Source of the DNA: an uncultured Fibrobacteraceae bacterium | GTDB lineage: Bacteria > Krumholzibacteriota > Krumholzibacteriia > LZORAL124-64-63 | Assembly: GCA_964461255.1 (NCBI GenBank) | Contig: CAYWTR010000012.1 | Span: 3,694 to 67,693, forward strand | Length of the DNA stretch: 64,000 nucleotides | Reading direction: 5' to 3' | Shown: piece after piece, positions 31,725 through 40,768 of the stretch | How the letters are laid out: every line of letters begins with the position of its first letter | Position numbering within the stretch: the stretch's first letter is position 1 | Notes under the pieces: model-generated | The model's input: only the letters and a program-made list of their open reading frames with translations | What the model was told of the DNA's origin: nothing | Database searches by the model: none | Made by a program: the position numbers and the translations under genes

Positions 31725-32398
31725 CAGGAGGCCTCGGGGCGCGCCGCGCGCAGCCAGCGCACGGCCGCCGCCGCCAGCGCCGCCACCCCGCCCAGGTAGG
31801 CGGCGACCGGGAAGCGATCCGGCAACGTCCGGCCCAGGCCCGCGTCCAGGTCGCGCATGAACGTCCACAGCACCACCGCCGTCCCGGCCGCGGCCAGCAT
31901 CCAGGTCGCGCGATCGGCCCGCGGCCGGCGCCCGCGCGCCGCCGCCCCCACCGCCGCGATCCCCACGACGGCCATCAGCAGGGCGATCACGGCCGCCGTC
32001 CACCAGGGGGCGACCCAGGGCAGCGGCAGCAGGAACAGGATGTCCCACTCCCCCCAGCCGGCCGGCCAGTCCAGCGCGATCTTCAGCCCCGCGTAGTATG
32101 CCAGATCCCACACTCCGAACAGCGCCAGGAACCAGCCGAAGCGCTCGCCCGGACGGCGGCCGGCCAGCCAGGCGGCGGCGGCCAGGAGCATCAGCGTGGC
32201 GGCCTCGCGCGCCAGTTCCACGCGCAGCAGGGCGGGATCGATCGGGCGCAGCGGGAAGGCGAAGCCGCCGGGGTAGTACAGCCGCCGCAGGTAGACCACG
32301 ACCGCCGCCTCGATCCAGCCGAAGGCCGCGGCCAGCAGGCCGGCCGCAGCCAGCCGCGGTCGCAGCGAATCGTTCGCGGCCGGCGTCTCGAGGGTCAT
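31724..32398 (-). CDS. Small polytopic membrane protein (hypothetical, Trp-rich)
   Basis: 224 aa. ATG at 32398 overlaps the OmpA stop (ATGA) and its own TGA overlaps the HK ATG. 5-6 hydrophobic segments (WFLALFGVWDLAYYAGLKIALDWPAGWGEWDILFLLPLPWVAPWW). Confidence 0.5.
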   Translation of the reverse strand: MTLETPAANDSLRPRLAAAGLLAAAFGWIEAAVVVYLRRLYYPGGFAFPLRPIDPALLRVELAREAATLMLLAAAAWLAGRRPGERFGWFLALFGVWDLAYYAGLKIALDWPAGWGEWDILFLLPLPWVAPWWTAAVIALLMAVVGIAAVGAAARGRRPRADRATWMLAAAGTAVVLWTFMRDLDAGLGRTLPDRFPVAAYLGGVAALAAAAVRWLRAARPEAS

Positions 32399-33567
32399 GG
32401 CTTGCCTTCGTCGCCCGTCAGCACGACGACGTCGATGCGGCGGTTCTGGGCCCGCCCCTGCGGGGTGGCGTTCGAGGCCAGCGGCCGGTCGGGCCCGTGT
32501 CCGACCACCTCGACCATCTCGGCGGGCAGCGCCAGCCGCGCGCGCAGCAGGGCGGCGATCGTCTCGGCGCGCTCGCGCGACAGGCGCAGGTTGGCCTGCC
32601 GCCCGCCGGTGTCGTCGGTGTGGCCCTCGACCCTCAGCCGCGCGCCGGGGAACTCGCCCAGAGCGGCGATCGCCGTGTCGAGAAGGCGTTGCGAATCGGC
32701 GGCCAGAGCGGCCTGGCCGACGGGGAAGTTCAGCGCGCTCAGACGCATGATGACGTCGCCGGCCGGGCTCATCAGCACCTCGCATCCCAGCTTGCCAAAC
32801 TGCTCGCCCAGCCGCTTGACCGTCTCCTGGCGATGCTGCTTGGCGCGCAGCCGCGCCTCGGCGTGCGTCGCGTCGGCCTCCAGCTTGCCGGCGCGCAACT
32901 CGGTGCCCCAGAGCTGCTGCTCCAGGCGGCTGACCCGCTGCCGCAGCTCGTCGGCCACGGCCTCCTTGACCGCCAGGTCGTCCCGGCAGCGCTGCCGCTC
33001 GCTGCGCAGGGCGACGCGCAGGGAATCGAGCTGGTACTGCTGCTGCAGCCGCCGCCGGCCCAGCGAATCGATCAGGGCCTGCGCGGCCTCCGTCCCGGCG
33101 ACGCCGGGCGACAGCGACACGCCGGCCGCGCGCGCCAGATCGCTCAGGTCGCGGTCGTAGCGCAGCGCCACCGCCTCGTGATCGTTGCGGGCCAGACGCA
33201 GGTCGTTGACGAACCGCGCCAGGGCCGCCGCGCGTGCGGCCGACCTCTCGGCCGCGGCGAGTTCGGCCGCGTAGCGGCCGGCGCGCGCTCCCTCGGGATC
33301 GGCATCCAGCCGCGCCCGCAGCGAATCGATCGCGGCCGCGGCCTCGCGGTAGGCCGAGGGGACGCGGCGCGCGGCGCCGGCGTCGGCCGCTTCCTTCAGG
33401 CGCGCCCGCGCGGGCGCCAGCAGCTCTTCCGGCACCCGCCCCGGCGCCGCGCCGGCCGCGGCCGCCGCCGCCGTCAAGGCCAGCAGCGCCGCCGCCAACA
33501 GCAGCTGTGCCCTCGCGCTCCGCGGCCGCCGTCCGGCGCGCCGCCCGCCGCCAGCATCTGCGGACAT
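32395..33567 (-). CDS. OmpA/MotB-family peptidoglycan-binding protein with N-terminal coiled-coil
   Basis: ATG at 33567 with AGGAGGGG SD. Signal peptide; long Ala/Arg/Glu coiled-coil. C-terminal OmpA-like domain (NFPVGQAAL...RLRVEGHTDDTGG...NLRLSRERAE...NRRIDVVV). Confidence 0.75.
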   Translation of the reverse strand: MSADAGGGRRAGRRPRSARAQLLLAAALLALTAAAAAAGAAPGRVPEELLAPARARLKEAADAGAARRVPSAYREAAAAIDSLRARLDADPEGARAGRYAAELAAAERSAARAAALARFVNDLRLARNDHEAVALRYDRDLSDLARAAGVSLSPGVAGTEAAQALIDSLGRRRLQQQYQLDSLRVALRSERQRCRDDLAVKEAVADELRQRVSRLEQQLWGTELRAGKLEADATHAEARLRAKQHRQETVKRLGEQFGKLGCEVLMSPAGDVIMRLSALNFPVGQAALAADSQRLLDTAIAALGEFPGARLRVEGHTDDTGGRQANLRLSRERAETIAALLRARLALPAEMVEVVGHGPDRPLASNATPQGRAQNRRIDVVVLTGDEGKP

Positions 33568-33586
33568 GATCAACGCCCCTCCTGTT

Positions 33587-34630
33587 TCACGACCCGCCGC
33601 CCGTCGCGAGCTGCAGGGCCCTCCGCGCCGCCGCGACCACGGCGTCTACCTCGATCTCCAGCATGCAGTTCCAGAACCGGCAGCGTTCGCGGCGGCACGA
33701 CAGCCGCGCCGGGCAGGCCGCCGTCGCCGCGACCGTCTGCGCCCGCGGTCCCAACGGCCCCCAGCGCGCCGCGCTTTGGGCCGGCAGCGGCGGGTATACT
33801 CCCACCACGGCCAGCCCCAGCGCCGCCGCCATGTGCAGCGGCCCGGTGCTTGGTCCGATCAGCAGATCGCCGGCTGCCAGGAGGCTCAAGAACGACCGCA
33901 AATCGAACCGGCCCGCGACCGACGCCACCGCCGGCCCGGCGGCCGCCTGCGCCCGCGCCACGATGGCGGCGTCAGCAGCACCTCCGGTCAGCAGCACGCG
34001 CACTCCCGGCACGGCAGCCAGGCGGGCCGCCACGGCGCCGAAACGCTCGGGCGGCCAGTTCAAGGCCGAGCCGCCCGAGCCGGGATGGACGTACACCAGG
34101 GCGCGCGCGCCCGGCGCCCCCTCCGCCCGGAATCGTCGGCCCGCCTCGATCTGGGCCGCCGTCAGCCGCAGGCGCGGATCGGGCGGAGGCCCCGCGTCCG
34201 GCGGCGGCCCGCGCCCTTCCAACCGGCGCGCCAGCAGCACGTTGTAGTCGCGCTCGTGCCGCTGGACGCGCGAACGGCCCTGCCGCACGCCCTCGTTCAG
34301 CAGCAGCCAGCTTGACCACTTCGACAGGGGGCCGATCAGCCTCGGCACGCCGGCGCGCCGCAGCGCCGCGGCCAGCCGCTGCCGGTAGTGCAGCAGAACC
34401 GCGGCGTCGAATCGCGCCGCCGCCAGCTCGGCCGCCAGCGCCGGCAGCTCGCGCTCGCGCGCGGTCCAGACGCGCGCCACGCCAGGATCGTTCTCGACCA
34501 GCGGCGACGCCTCCGGCGCCACCAGCGCGTGCAGCTCCCAGCCCGGGTGGCGCGCCTTGAGGTCGGAGAACACCGGCAGCGACAGCACCACGTCGCCCAG
34601 CCGGTCGGTGCGCGCGATCAGCGCCTTCAC
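33587..34630 (-). CDS. Lipopolysaccharide heptosyltransferase (GT9 family)
   Basis: 347 aa from GTG 34630 (GTGA overlap with the upstream GT2). N-terminus VKALIARTDRLGDVVLSLPVF and C-terminal GPSTGPLHMAAALGLAVVGVY(PP) match RfaF/RfaC-type ADP-heptose transferases. Confidence 0.8.
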   Translation of the reverse strand: MKALIARTDRLGDVVLSLPVFSDLKARHPGWELHALVAPEASPLVENDPGVARVWTARERELPALAAELAAARFDAAVLLHYRQRLAAALRRAGVPRLIGPLSKWSSWLLLNEGVRQGRSRVQRHERDYNVLLARRLEGRGPPPDAGPPPDPRLRLTAAQIEAGRRFRAEGAPGARALVYVHPGSGGSALNWPPERFGAVAARLAAVPGVRVLLTGGAADAAIVARAQAAAGPAVASVAGRFDLRSFLSLLAAGDLLIGPSTGPLHMAAALGLAVVGVYPPLPAQSAARWGPLGPRAQTVAATAACPARLSCRRERCRFWNCMLEIEVDAVVAAARRALQLATGGGS

Positions 34631-35382
34631 GGCCGAACCGCTCGCCAGATCTTGACGTACTTGACCAGCACATAGAAGCCCGAACAGAGGCAGAGCACCA
34701 GGCCGTGCCAGCCGTCGAGGAAACCGCGCTGCAGCAGATACATGCGCAGGAACGCCGCCTGGGCGCGCAACGCCGCTCCAGGCAGGGTCGCGCGCCGGCC
34801 GTCGGCCACCGCGGCCGCCGCGGCCAGCGTGGTGTAGCGGTTGAGCTTCTCGACGTACTGCTCCATGCTGTCGTACGCATGGTGCAGCAGCCGTCCCGGC
34901 AGGCGCCCCAGCGGCGGCGGCGCCACCACCCCTTCGTGCACGGGCCGGTCGTCGAAGCGCGCGCGCTCGCGGTCGAACAGCCGCACCACCAGGTCGGGAT
35001 GCCACCCGCAGTGGCGGATCCAGCGGCCGAGGAACCGCGACAGACGATCGACCGCCAGGGCGGCCTGCGGCGGCGCATCCTGGCGGGCGCGCCAGGCGGC
35101 CAGCGCGCGACGCAGCTGGTCATCCAGCTCCTCGTCGGCGTCGATGCTCAGCACCCAGCGGTGCGACGCCTGCGCGACCGCCGCCTGCTTGGTCGGGCCG
35201 AAGCCGCGCCACTCGCCCTGGACCACGCGCGCCCCCCGGCGCGCGCACAGCTCGGGCGTGCCGTCGTCGCTGGCCTGGTCCAGCACGACGACCTCGTCCA
35301 CGGCGCCCGCCAGCGAATCGAGGCAGCGCTCCAGCCCGGCCGACGCCGCGTTGCGGGTGATGATCACCGCCGAGATCTTCAC
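34627..35382 (-). CDS. Family 2 glycosyltransferase (LPS-core type), paralog of 3728..4531
   Basis: 251 aa. GTG start with GGAGG SD. ISAVIITRN...LDQASDDGT...SIDADE...VHEG...YTTL aligns block-for-block with the GT2 at 3728..4531. Confidence 0.8.
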   Translation of the reverse strand: MKISAVIITRNAASAGLERCLDSLAGAVDEVVVLDQASDDGTPELCARRGARVVQGEWRGFGPTKQAAVAQASHRWVLSIDADEELDDQLRRALAAWRARQDAPPQAALAVDRLSRFLGRWIRHCGWHPDLVVRLFDRERARFDDRPVHEGVVAPPPLGRLPGRLLHHAYDSMEQYVEKLNRYTTLAAAAAVADGRRATLPGAALRAQAAFLRMYLLQRGFLDGWHGLVLCLCSGFYVLVKYVKIWRAVRP

Positions 35383-36437
35383 GCCGTCGCCTCCGGCGGC
35401 GCGGCGGCGTTGTCATCCGCCAGCAGGACGACCTTGCCGATGTTCCGCCGGTCCTGCAGGTAGTGGTGCGCGGCGGCCGCCTCGGCCAGCGGGAAGGCGC
35501 GGCCCACGTGCGGCTGCAGCTTCCCCTCGGCCAGCAGCGCCAGCAACCGCAGCGCCCAGCCTCGCACCCGATCCTGCTCCTCCCACAGCCGGCCCAGATT
35601 CACCCCCAGCACGCCGCGGTTGTCGTTCATCAGGCGCAGCGGGTTGATGGCCAGCCACGGCACCTGGGCCAGCGTGCGCAGCGCGGCCAGCCTCCCGCCG
35701 CGCTTGCCGGCCGCGGCGCTGGAGAAGCCGAACAGCACCAGCCGCCCCGTCGGCGCCAGCGACCGGTAGCTCTCCATGATCCAGCGCCCGTGGCGCGGCT
35801 CCAGGGCGATGTCGACGCCGCGCCCGCCCGTCGCCGCGCGCACCTCGGCCGCGAAGCGCGGCGCCAGGGACGAGAAGACATGCGCCAGGCCGCGCTGCCG
35901 CAGGAAATCGTGCTTGGACGGCGAGGCCGAGCCGATCACGCGCGCTCCGGCCAGGCGGCAAAGATCGACCGCCGCCAGCCCCACGCCGCCGGCGGCGCCG
36001 TGCACCAGCACGGCATCGCCGCTCTGGACGCCGGCCATCACCGTGAGCATCTGGTAGGCGGTCAGGTAGTTGACGGGCAGGGCCGCCGCCACCGCCGGCG
36101 CGATGCCCGGCGGCAGCGGCAGCGCCGCGGCGGCCGGCACGCACAGGCAATCGGCGTAGCCCCCGAAGCGCGTGAAGACGGCCACCGTCCGCCCCAGCAG
36201 CTCGGCGGGCGCCCCTTCTCCCAGGGCGTCGACGGTCCCTGCCGCCTCGTAGCCGGGCACCGCGGGCAGAGGCGGGGCGTCCGGGTAGACCCCCAGCCGC
36301 ATCATGACGTCCGCGAAATTGACGCCGCAGGCGGCGACGCGCAGGCGCACCTGGCCCGGACCGGGCGCGGGATCGGGCGCCTCGCGCACGACCAGCACCT
36401 CGGGCGGGCCCTGGCGGGTGATCCAGACCTGGCGCAT
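35379..36437 (-). CDS. Zinc-type (MDR superfamily) NAD(P)H:quinone oxidoreductase / alcohol dehydrogenase-like
   Basis: 352 aa. GroES-like N-terminal domain (VRLRVAACGVNFADVMMRLG); Rossmann GAAGGVGLAAVDL; VAT-1/QOR-like C-terminus. Confidence 0.8.
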   Translation of the reverse strand: MRQVWITRQGPPEVLVVREAPDPAPGPGQVRLRVAACGVNFADVMMRLGVYPDAPPLPAVPGYEAAGTVDALGEGAPAELLGRTVAVFTRFGGYADCLCVPAAAALPLPPGIAPAVAAALPVNYLTAYQMLTVMAGVQSGDAVLVHGAAGGVGLAAVDLCRLAGARVIGSASPSKHDFLRQRGLAHVFSSLAPRFAAEVRAATGGRGVDIALEPRHGRWIMESYRSLAPTGRLVLFGFSSAAAGKRGGRLAALRTLAQVPWLAINPLRLMNDNRGVLGVNLGRLWEEQDRVRGWALRLLALLAEGKLQPHVGRAFPLAEAAAAHHYLQDRRNIGKVVLLADDNAAAPPEATA

Positions 36438-36470
36438 GAGGCCCCTCGCGCGGCTGGTGGCGGCCGGCGA

Positions 36471-37001
36471 TCAGCGCGGCAAAGGCGCCACGGTCAGCCG
36501 GACGTCGTCGATCCAGACTTTGCCCTCGCCCTCGATGACCAGGTTCAACCGCACCCGGTCGGGCACTTGCCCCTTTTCGAGACGGAAGATCGCCTGCGCC
36601 TCCCGCCACTCCGTCGTGCGGCCGATCGCGCTCTCGAGACCCCGGCCGAAATACTCGTCGGTGCCCGGCAGCCGCACCCAGGTCTCCAGGAAGACCCGCC
36701 GCCGCAGGGCCTCGCAGCGCAGGCGCGCCTGCCACACCAGCAGGCAGTCATCGACCCCGGGATTCTCCAGCGCGAACAGCCGCACCACGCGCGGCCGCGT
36801 CGCGGTCACGCGCAGGGAGGCGCGACCGTCGGTGTGGATCTCGTGGTCGATGGCCAGGTCCTCGTCGCTGTCCAGGATCTCCTCGAGGCTGTCCAGCGGG
36901 TAGGCGGCCAGTTCGCGCGGACCGCCGCCGCCACCACCGCCGCAGCCGGCGGCCAGCAGCGCGCCGCACAGGGCCGCGAGCGTCATCAGACGGGCAAGCA
37001 T
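36471..37001 (-). CDS. Lipoprotein (hypothetical)
   Basis: ATG at 37001 with AGGAGGA SD. Lipobox LLAAGC followed by a Gly run. 176 aa, no family recognised. Confidence 0.5.
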   Translation of the reverse strand: MLARLMTLAALCGALLAAGCGGGGGGGPRELAAYPLDSLEEILDSDEDLAIDHEIHTDGRASLRVTATRPRVVRLFALENPGVDDCLLVWQARLRCEALRRRVFLETWVRLPGTDEYFGRGLESAIGRTTEWREAQAIFRLEKGQVPDRVRLNLVIEGEGKVWIDDVRLTVAPLPR

Positions 37002-37107
37002 GCCATCCTCCTGCGCCGGCGCGGCGCGGCGGCGCCACCGCCGCCGGCCGCCGGCTCGGCCAAGGTACCACACGGCCGCGGCGATCTCCAGCGCGGCCGG
37101 GCCGTCA

Positions 37108-38466
37108 TCAGCGCGGCTCCGCCGCAGCCATGGCTCGCCGCAGCCGCGGCAGATCAGCGGCGGCCGCCCCCTCGATCACGTGCACGACGGCGCCGTCGCG
37201 CGCGACCTGCCAGCGCAGGCCGCTGCCGGGGCGACCGTACGACCCGCGCGCCAGCCGGACGACGCCGAGCCGGCGGACCAGGGCCTGTTCGTAGGCATCG
37301 GCGAACGCCGCGGCCTCGCCCTCGCCGCGCCAGGCCGACCACCACAACAGCGCCAGCGGGCCGCGCGGCGCCTCCAGCGCCACGAGCAGATCGCCGGCCC
37401 AGCCGGCGGCCAGGTCGCGCGCCGCCGCGCCCCGGCCGTGCTGCTGGAAGAAGATGCGCACCAGCAAGGCGCCGGCGGTGTCGGCATGACGCACGCGCGC
37501 GCCCGGCAACAGCCGCGACGCGGGCGGCAGCGGAAAGCGCACAACCGGTTCGCGGGCGAAATGGCGCTCAGGATGCAGGACATGAGCCGTGGCGGCGGGC
37601 GCACGCGCGAACAGGCTGTCCTGCCATCCCGCGCCGTAGCGCTGGCGCGCCCGCGCGGCAAAACCGGCGCCCGCCAGGTAGGCCAGCAGCAGAGGCTGGC
37701 TCAGCACGGCCGGGGCCTCCGCGAGCGCGACCACGCCGGCGGGATCGGCGCCGCCGGCCAGGCCCAGCCGCGCCGCCTGGCCCAGCAGCGCATCCAGCGG
37801 CAGATCGGCCAGCATCCCCAGCATCCCGGCCGCCGCGTCGGCGGCCGCCGCGGCCCGGGGCCCCGGCGCGCCCAGCCGCAACATGACCCAGGTGGCGTGG
37901 CCTTCCACCAGGAAATGCCCTGCCGCGCGGGCATCCCCGGACAGGGTATCGGCCGGCGCGGCCAGCCCCAGCAGCCGATCGAGATCGTGATGCTGGTCCT
38001 GAAGGGCGTGCGCCAGTTCGTGCGCCAGCACCAGCTCGAATTCGGCGGATGCCTCGCCCTGCGGCAGAATGCACAGCCGCTCGGTCTCGCTGTCGTAGAA
38101 AGCGGCGGCGGCGGCGGCGACCAGGTCGAGCTGCAGCGCGCCCAGATCGCCGCCTGGAGGAAGCAGGCCCAGCCGCTGCAGAACGCGAGCGACCTCGGCG
38201 CGCCGGTCGGGCGGCGTCTGGGCGTCCAGCATCTCGGCCGCGCGCAGGCGAAACTCCTCCAGGCTGAGCGCTTCCACCGTCACCGGCCGCAGCAGCGGCC
38301 AGCCGGTCACGGCCGCCGCCGAGTCGGCCAGGTCGGCGACGCGCTCCGACCAAGACGGCGCGACCGCGGCGGGAGCCGCGGTCGCGTTCGCCGGCCAGCC
38401 GAGCAAGCCGAGGACCGCCGCCAGCGCCGAGGCGCCGGCCGCCCCCGCCCCGCGCGGCGGCCTCAG
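37108..38466 (-). CDS. Putative zinc metallopeptidase (HEXXH: LAHELAHALQDQHH), start uncertain
   Basis: Open frame from just after the OPT stop to TGA at 37108. HEXXH motif mid-protein. Signal-like ALAAVLGLLGWPANA near the N-terminus but no in-frame ATG/GTG before GTG at 38310; a CTG/TTG start or the shorter 38310 start is possible. Confidence 0.4.
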   Translation of the reverse strand: MRPPRGAGAAGASALAAVLGLLGWPANATAAPAAVAPSWSERVADLADSAAAVTGWPLLRPVTVEALSLEEFRLRAAEMLDAQTPPDRRAEVARVLQRLGLLPPGGDLGALQLDLVAAAAAAFYDSETERLCILPQGEASAEFELVLAHELAHALQDQHHDLDRLLGLAAPADTLSGDARAAGHFLVEGHATWVMLRLGAPGPRAAAAADAAAGMLGMLADLPLDALLGQAARLGLAGGADPAGVVALAEAPAVLSQPLLLAYLAGAGFAARARQRYGAGWQDSLFARAPAATAHVLHPERHFAREPVVRFPLPPASRLLPGARVRHADTAGALLVRIFFQQHGRGAAARDLAAGWAGDLLVALEAPRGPLALLWWSAWRGEGEAAAFADAYEQALVRRLGVVRLARGSYGRPGSGLRWQVARDGAVVHVIEGAAAADLPRLRRAMAAAEPR

Positions 38467-40493
38467 TCCTTCTCCCGCCGCGCGCTCAGCGAGGCGCGGA
38501 CCAGATAGACGGCCAGCAGCGTCAGCATCACGAGCGAGAGTACGGCCGAGCCCGGGTTGGCGGTCGCCCAGTGCTCCAGACCCACCGCCAGGCCCAGGGT
38601 CCAGTCGTCGTTGCCGACGATCATGCGGCCGAAGAAGGTGACCAGCGCAGCCACCACGCCCATGATGGCGCCGCCGGCGATGAATCCGGAAGCGATGAGC
38701 GTCCCCTTCTCGCGCCGGGCGGAGTTCACATCGTCCTTCTTGCTGCGGGTGGCCACGATGTGGGCCAGGATGCCGCCCAGCAGGACCGGAGTGTTCAGGT
38801 GCAGCGGCAGGTACATGCCGAGGGCGAACGCCAGCGGTGGCACCTTCACGAACTCCAGGATCAGCGCCATCATGACGCCGGCGAGGTAGAGCAACCAGGG
38901 CGCGGGAGCGCCCGTCATCAGCGGCTTGAGCACTGCCGCCATGGCGCTGGCCTGCGGCGCCTCCAGCCCGCCCTTTTCGGCGCCGAAGCCGTAGGTCTTG
39001 TTCAGCAACAGGATGACGCCGCCGACCGCCGCCGCGGCGAACAGCACGCCCAGGAACTTGTACCGCTGCTGAACCGCCGGCGTGGTGCCGAGCCAGTAGC
39101 CGACCTTCAGGTCGGTGATGAAGCCGCCCGCCATCGACAACGCCGTGCAGACCACGCCGCCGATCAGCAATGCCGCCACGATGCCGGCGTCGCCCTTGAG
39201 CCCGATGTTGACCAGGATGACCGACGACAGGATCAAGGTCATCAGGGTCATGCCCGAGACCGGATTCGAGCCGACGATCGCGATCGCTCGCGCCGCCACG
39301 GTGGTGAACAGGAACGAGATGATGGTCACGATCAGGAGCCCGGCCACCGCCCAGCCGAGGTTCCCGACCACGCCCAGCCAGAAGAACAGGAAAACCGCCG
39401 TGAGGGTCAGCACGGTGAAGAAGGCGATCCACTTCATCGGCAGGTCGCGCTGCGTCCGCTCCGCCTGGGCGGCGTCGGTGCGTCCGCCGCCCTTGATCTC
39501 GTGCAGGGCCAGCTGGAAGGCGCCCCAGATGATCTTGCGCGATTTGAAGACGCCGATCAGGCCGGCCATGGCGATCCCGCCGATGCCGACGTGCCGGACG
39601 TAGTTTGTGAAGACCTCGCTGGGGGTCATGTCGGCGATCAGCTTGGTGGTCGAGGCCCCCAGCACCGCCGTCAGCCCGCCGCCGATGTAGCTGAAGGCCG
39701 GCACGAGCACCCACCAGGAAAGGAACGAGCCGGCGCAGATGATGGAGGCGTAGCGCAGCCCGATGATGTAGCCCAGCCCCACCACGGCGGCGCCGACGTT
39801 GATCCGGAAATCGAGGTGGACCGTCGCCGCCAGCTTCTGGCCCCACTTGAACACGGTGGTCGAGAAGACCTCGCGCCACAGTTCGAAGGCGCTGATCGCG
39901 AAGTCGTACAGGCCGCCGACCATCGCCGCCCGCACCAGCGTCTTGGCCTGGTCGCCGCCAGCCTCGCCCGCCACCAGCACCTCGGTCGTGGCCGTGGCTT
40001 CCGGGAACGGGAACTCGCCGTGCATGTCCTTGACGAAGTACTTGCGGAACGGGATCAGGAACAGCATGCCGAGCACGCCGCCCAGCACCGACGCCATGAA
40101 CACGCGGAAGAATCCGGCCTGCTTGTCCAGCTCCAGGATGTAGAGGCCGGGAATGGTGAAGATGGCCCCGGCCACGATCAGGCCCGAGGCGGCGCCGATC
40201 GACTGGATGATGACGTTCTCCTGCAGCGCGTTCTTGCGCTTCATCGCCACCGAGGTGCCGACGGCCAGGATGGCGATCGGGATGGCCGCCTCGAAAACCT
40301 GGCCGATCTTCAGCCCCAGATAGGCCGCCGCGGCGGAGAACAGGACCGCGTAGAAAAGCCCCCAGCCCACCGAGTAGCGCGTCGCCTCCGGCACGATCTT
40401 GTCGGCCGGCACGACCGGCACGTACTGCTCGCCCGGCTTGAGCAGGCGATAAGCGTTCTCGGGCAGGCCCTTGCCCTTGCCACTGATTTCCAT
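38463..40493 (-). CDS. OPT-family oligopeptide transporter
   Basis: 676 aa from ATG 40493 (GGAGGTG SD). ~16 TM segments with OPT-family architecture and conserved Gly-rich helices (GLKIGQVFEAAIPIAIL..., NPVSGMTLMTLIL). Confidence 0.85.
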   Translation of the reverse strand: MEISGKGKGLPENAYRLLKPGEQYVPVVPADKIVPEATRYSVGWGLFYAVLFSAAAAYLGLKIGQVFEAAIPIAILAVGTSVAMKRKNALQENVIIQSIGAASGLIVAGAIFTIPGLYILELDKQAGFFRVFMASVLGGVLGMLFLIPFRKYFVKDMHGEFPFPEATATTEVLVAGEAGGDQAKTLVRAAMVGGLYDFAISAFELWREVFSTTVFKWGQKLAATVHLDFRINVGAAVVGLGYIIGLRYASIICAGSFLSWWVLVPAFSYIGGGLTAVLGASTTKLIADMTPSEVFTNYVRHVGIGGIAMAGLIGVFKSRKIIWGAFQLALHEIKGGGRTDAAQAERTQRDLPMKWIAFFTVLTLTAVFLFFWLGVVGNLGWAVAGLLIVTIISFLFTTVAARAIAIVGSNPVSGMTLMTLILSSVILVNIGLKGDAGIVAALLIGGVVCTALSMAGGFITDLKVGYWLGTTPAVQQRYKFLGVLFAAAAVGGVILLLNKTYGFGAEKGGLEAPQASAMAAVLKPLMTGAPAPWLLYLAGVMMALILEFVKVPPLAFALGMYLPLHLNTPVLLGGILAHIVATRSKKDDVNSARREKGTLIASGFIAGGAIMGVVAALVTFFGRMIVGNDDWTLGLAVGLEHWATANPGSAVLSLVMLTLLAVYLVRASLSARREKD

Positions 40494-40768
40494 GGGCACC
40501 TCCGGTCGATGGACCACGCCGGCGACGCCCGGCGGACGTCTCGGCGGCTGGGCGACGGATCCGCGCAAGATAGCACGCGCGCCGGCGCAGCGTAAAGCGC
40601 GGGTCTGTCCTGTGCGGGCCTGGCCTGGACGAGGCCGGCGCCGCCGCCGCGATCCCGGCGGTGCTTGCCTGGACGGTCCCCGGGGGGTTACCTTGGCCCG
40701 GTTGGGGCCGTTCCCGACACGGCCCGCCCGGCGGCACTGCCCCACGCTCTTGGCCAGGGAGGAGACGC

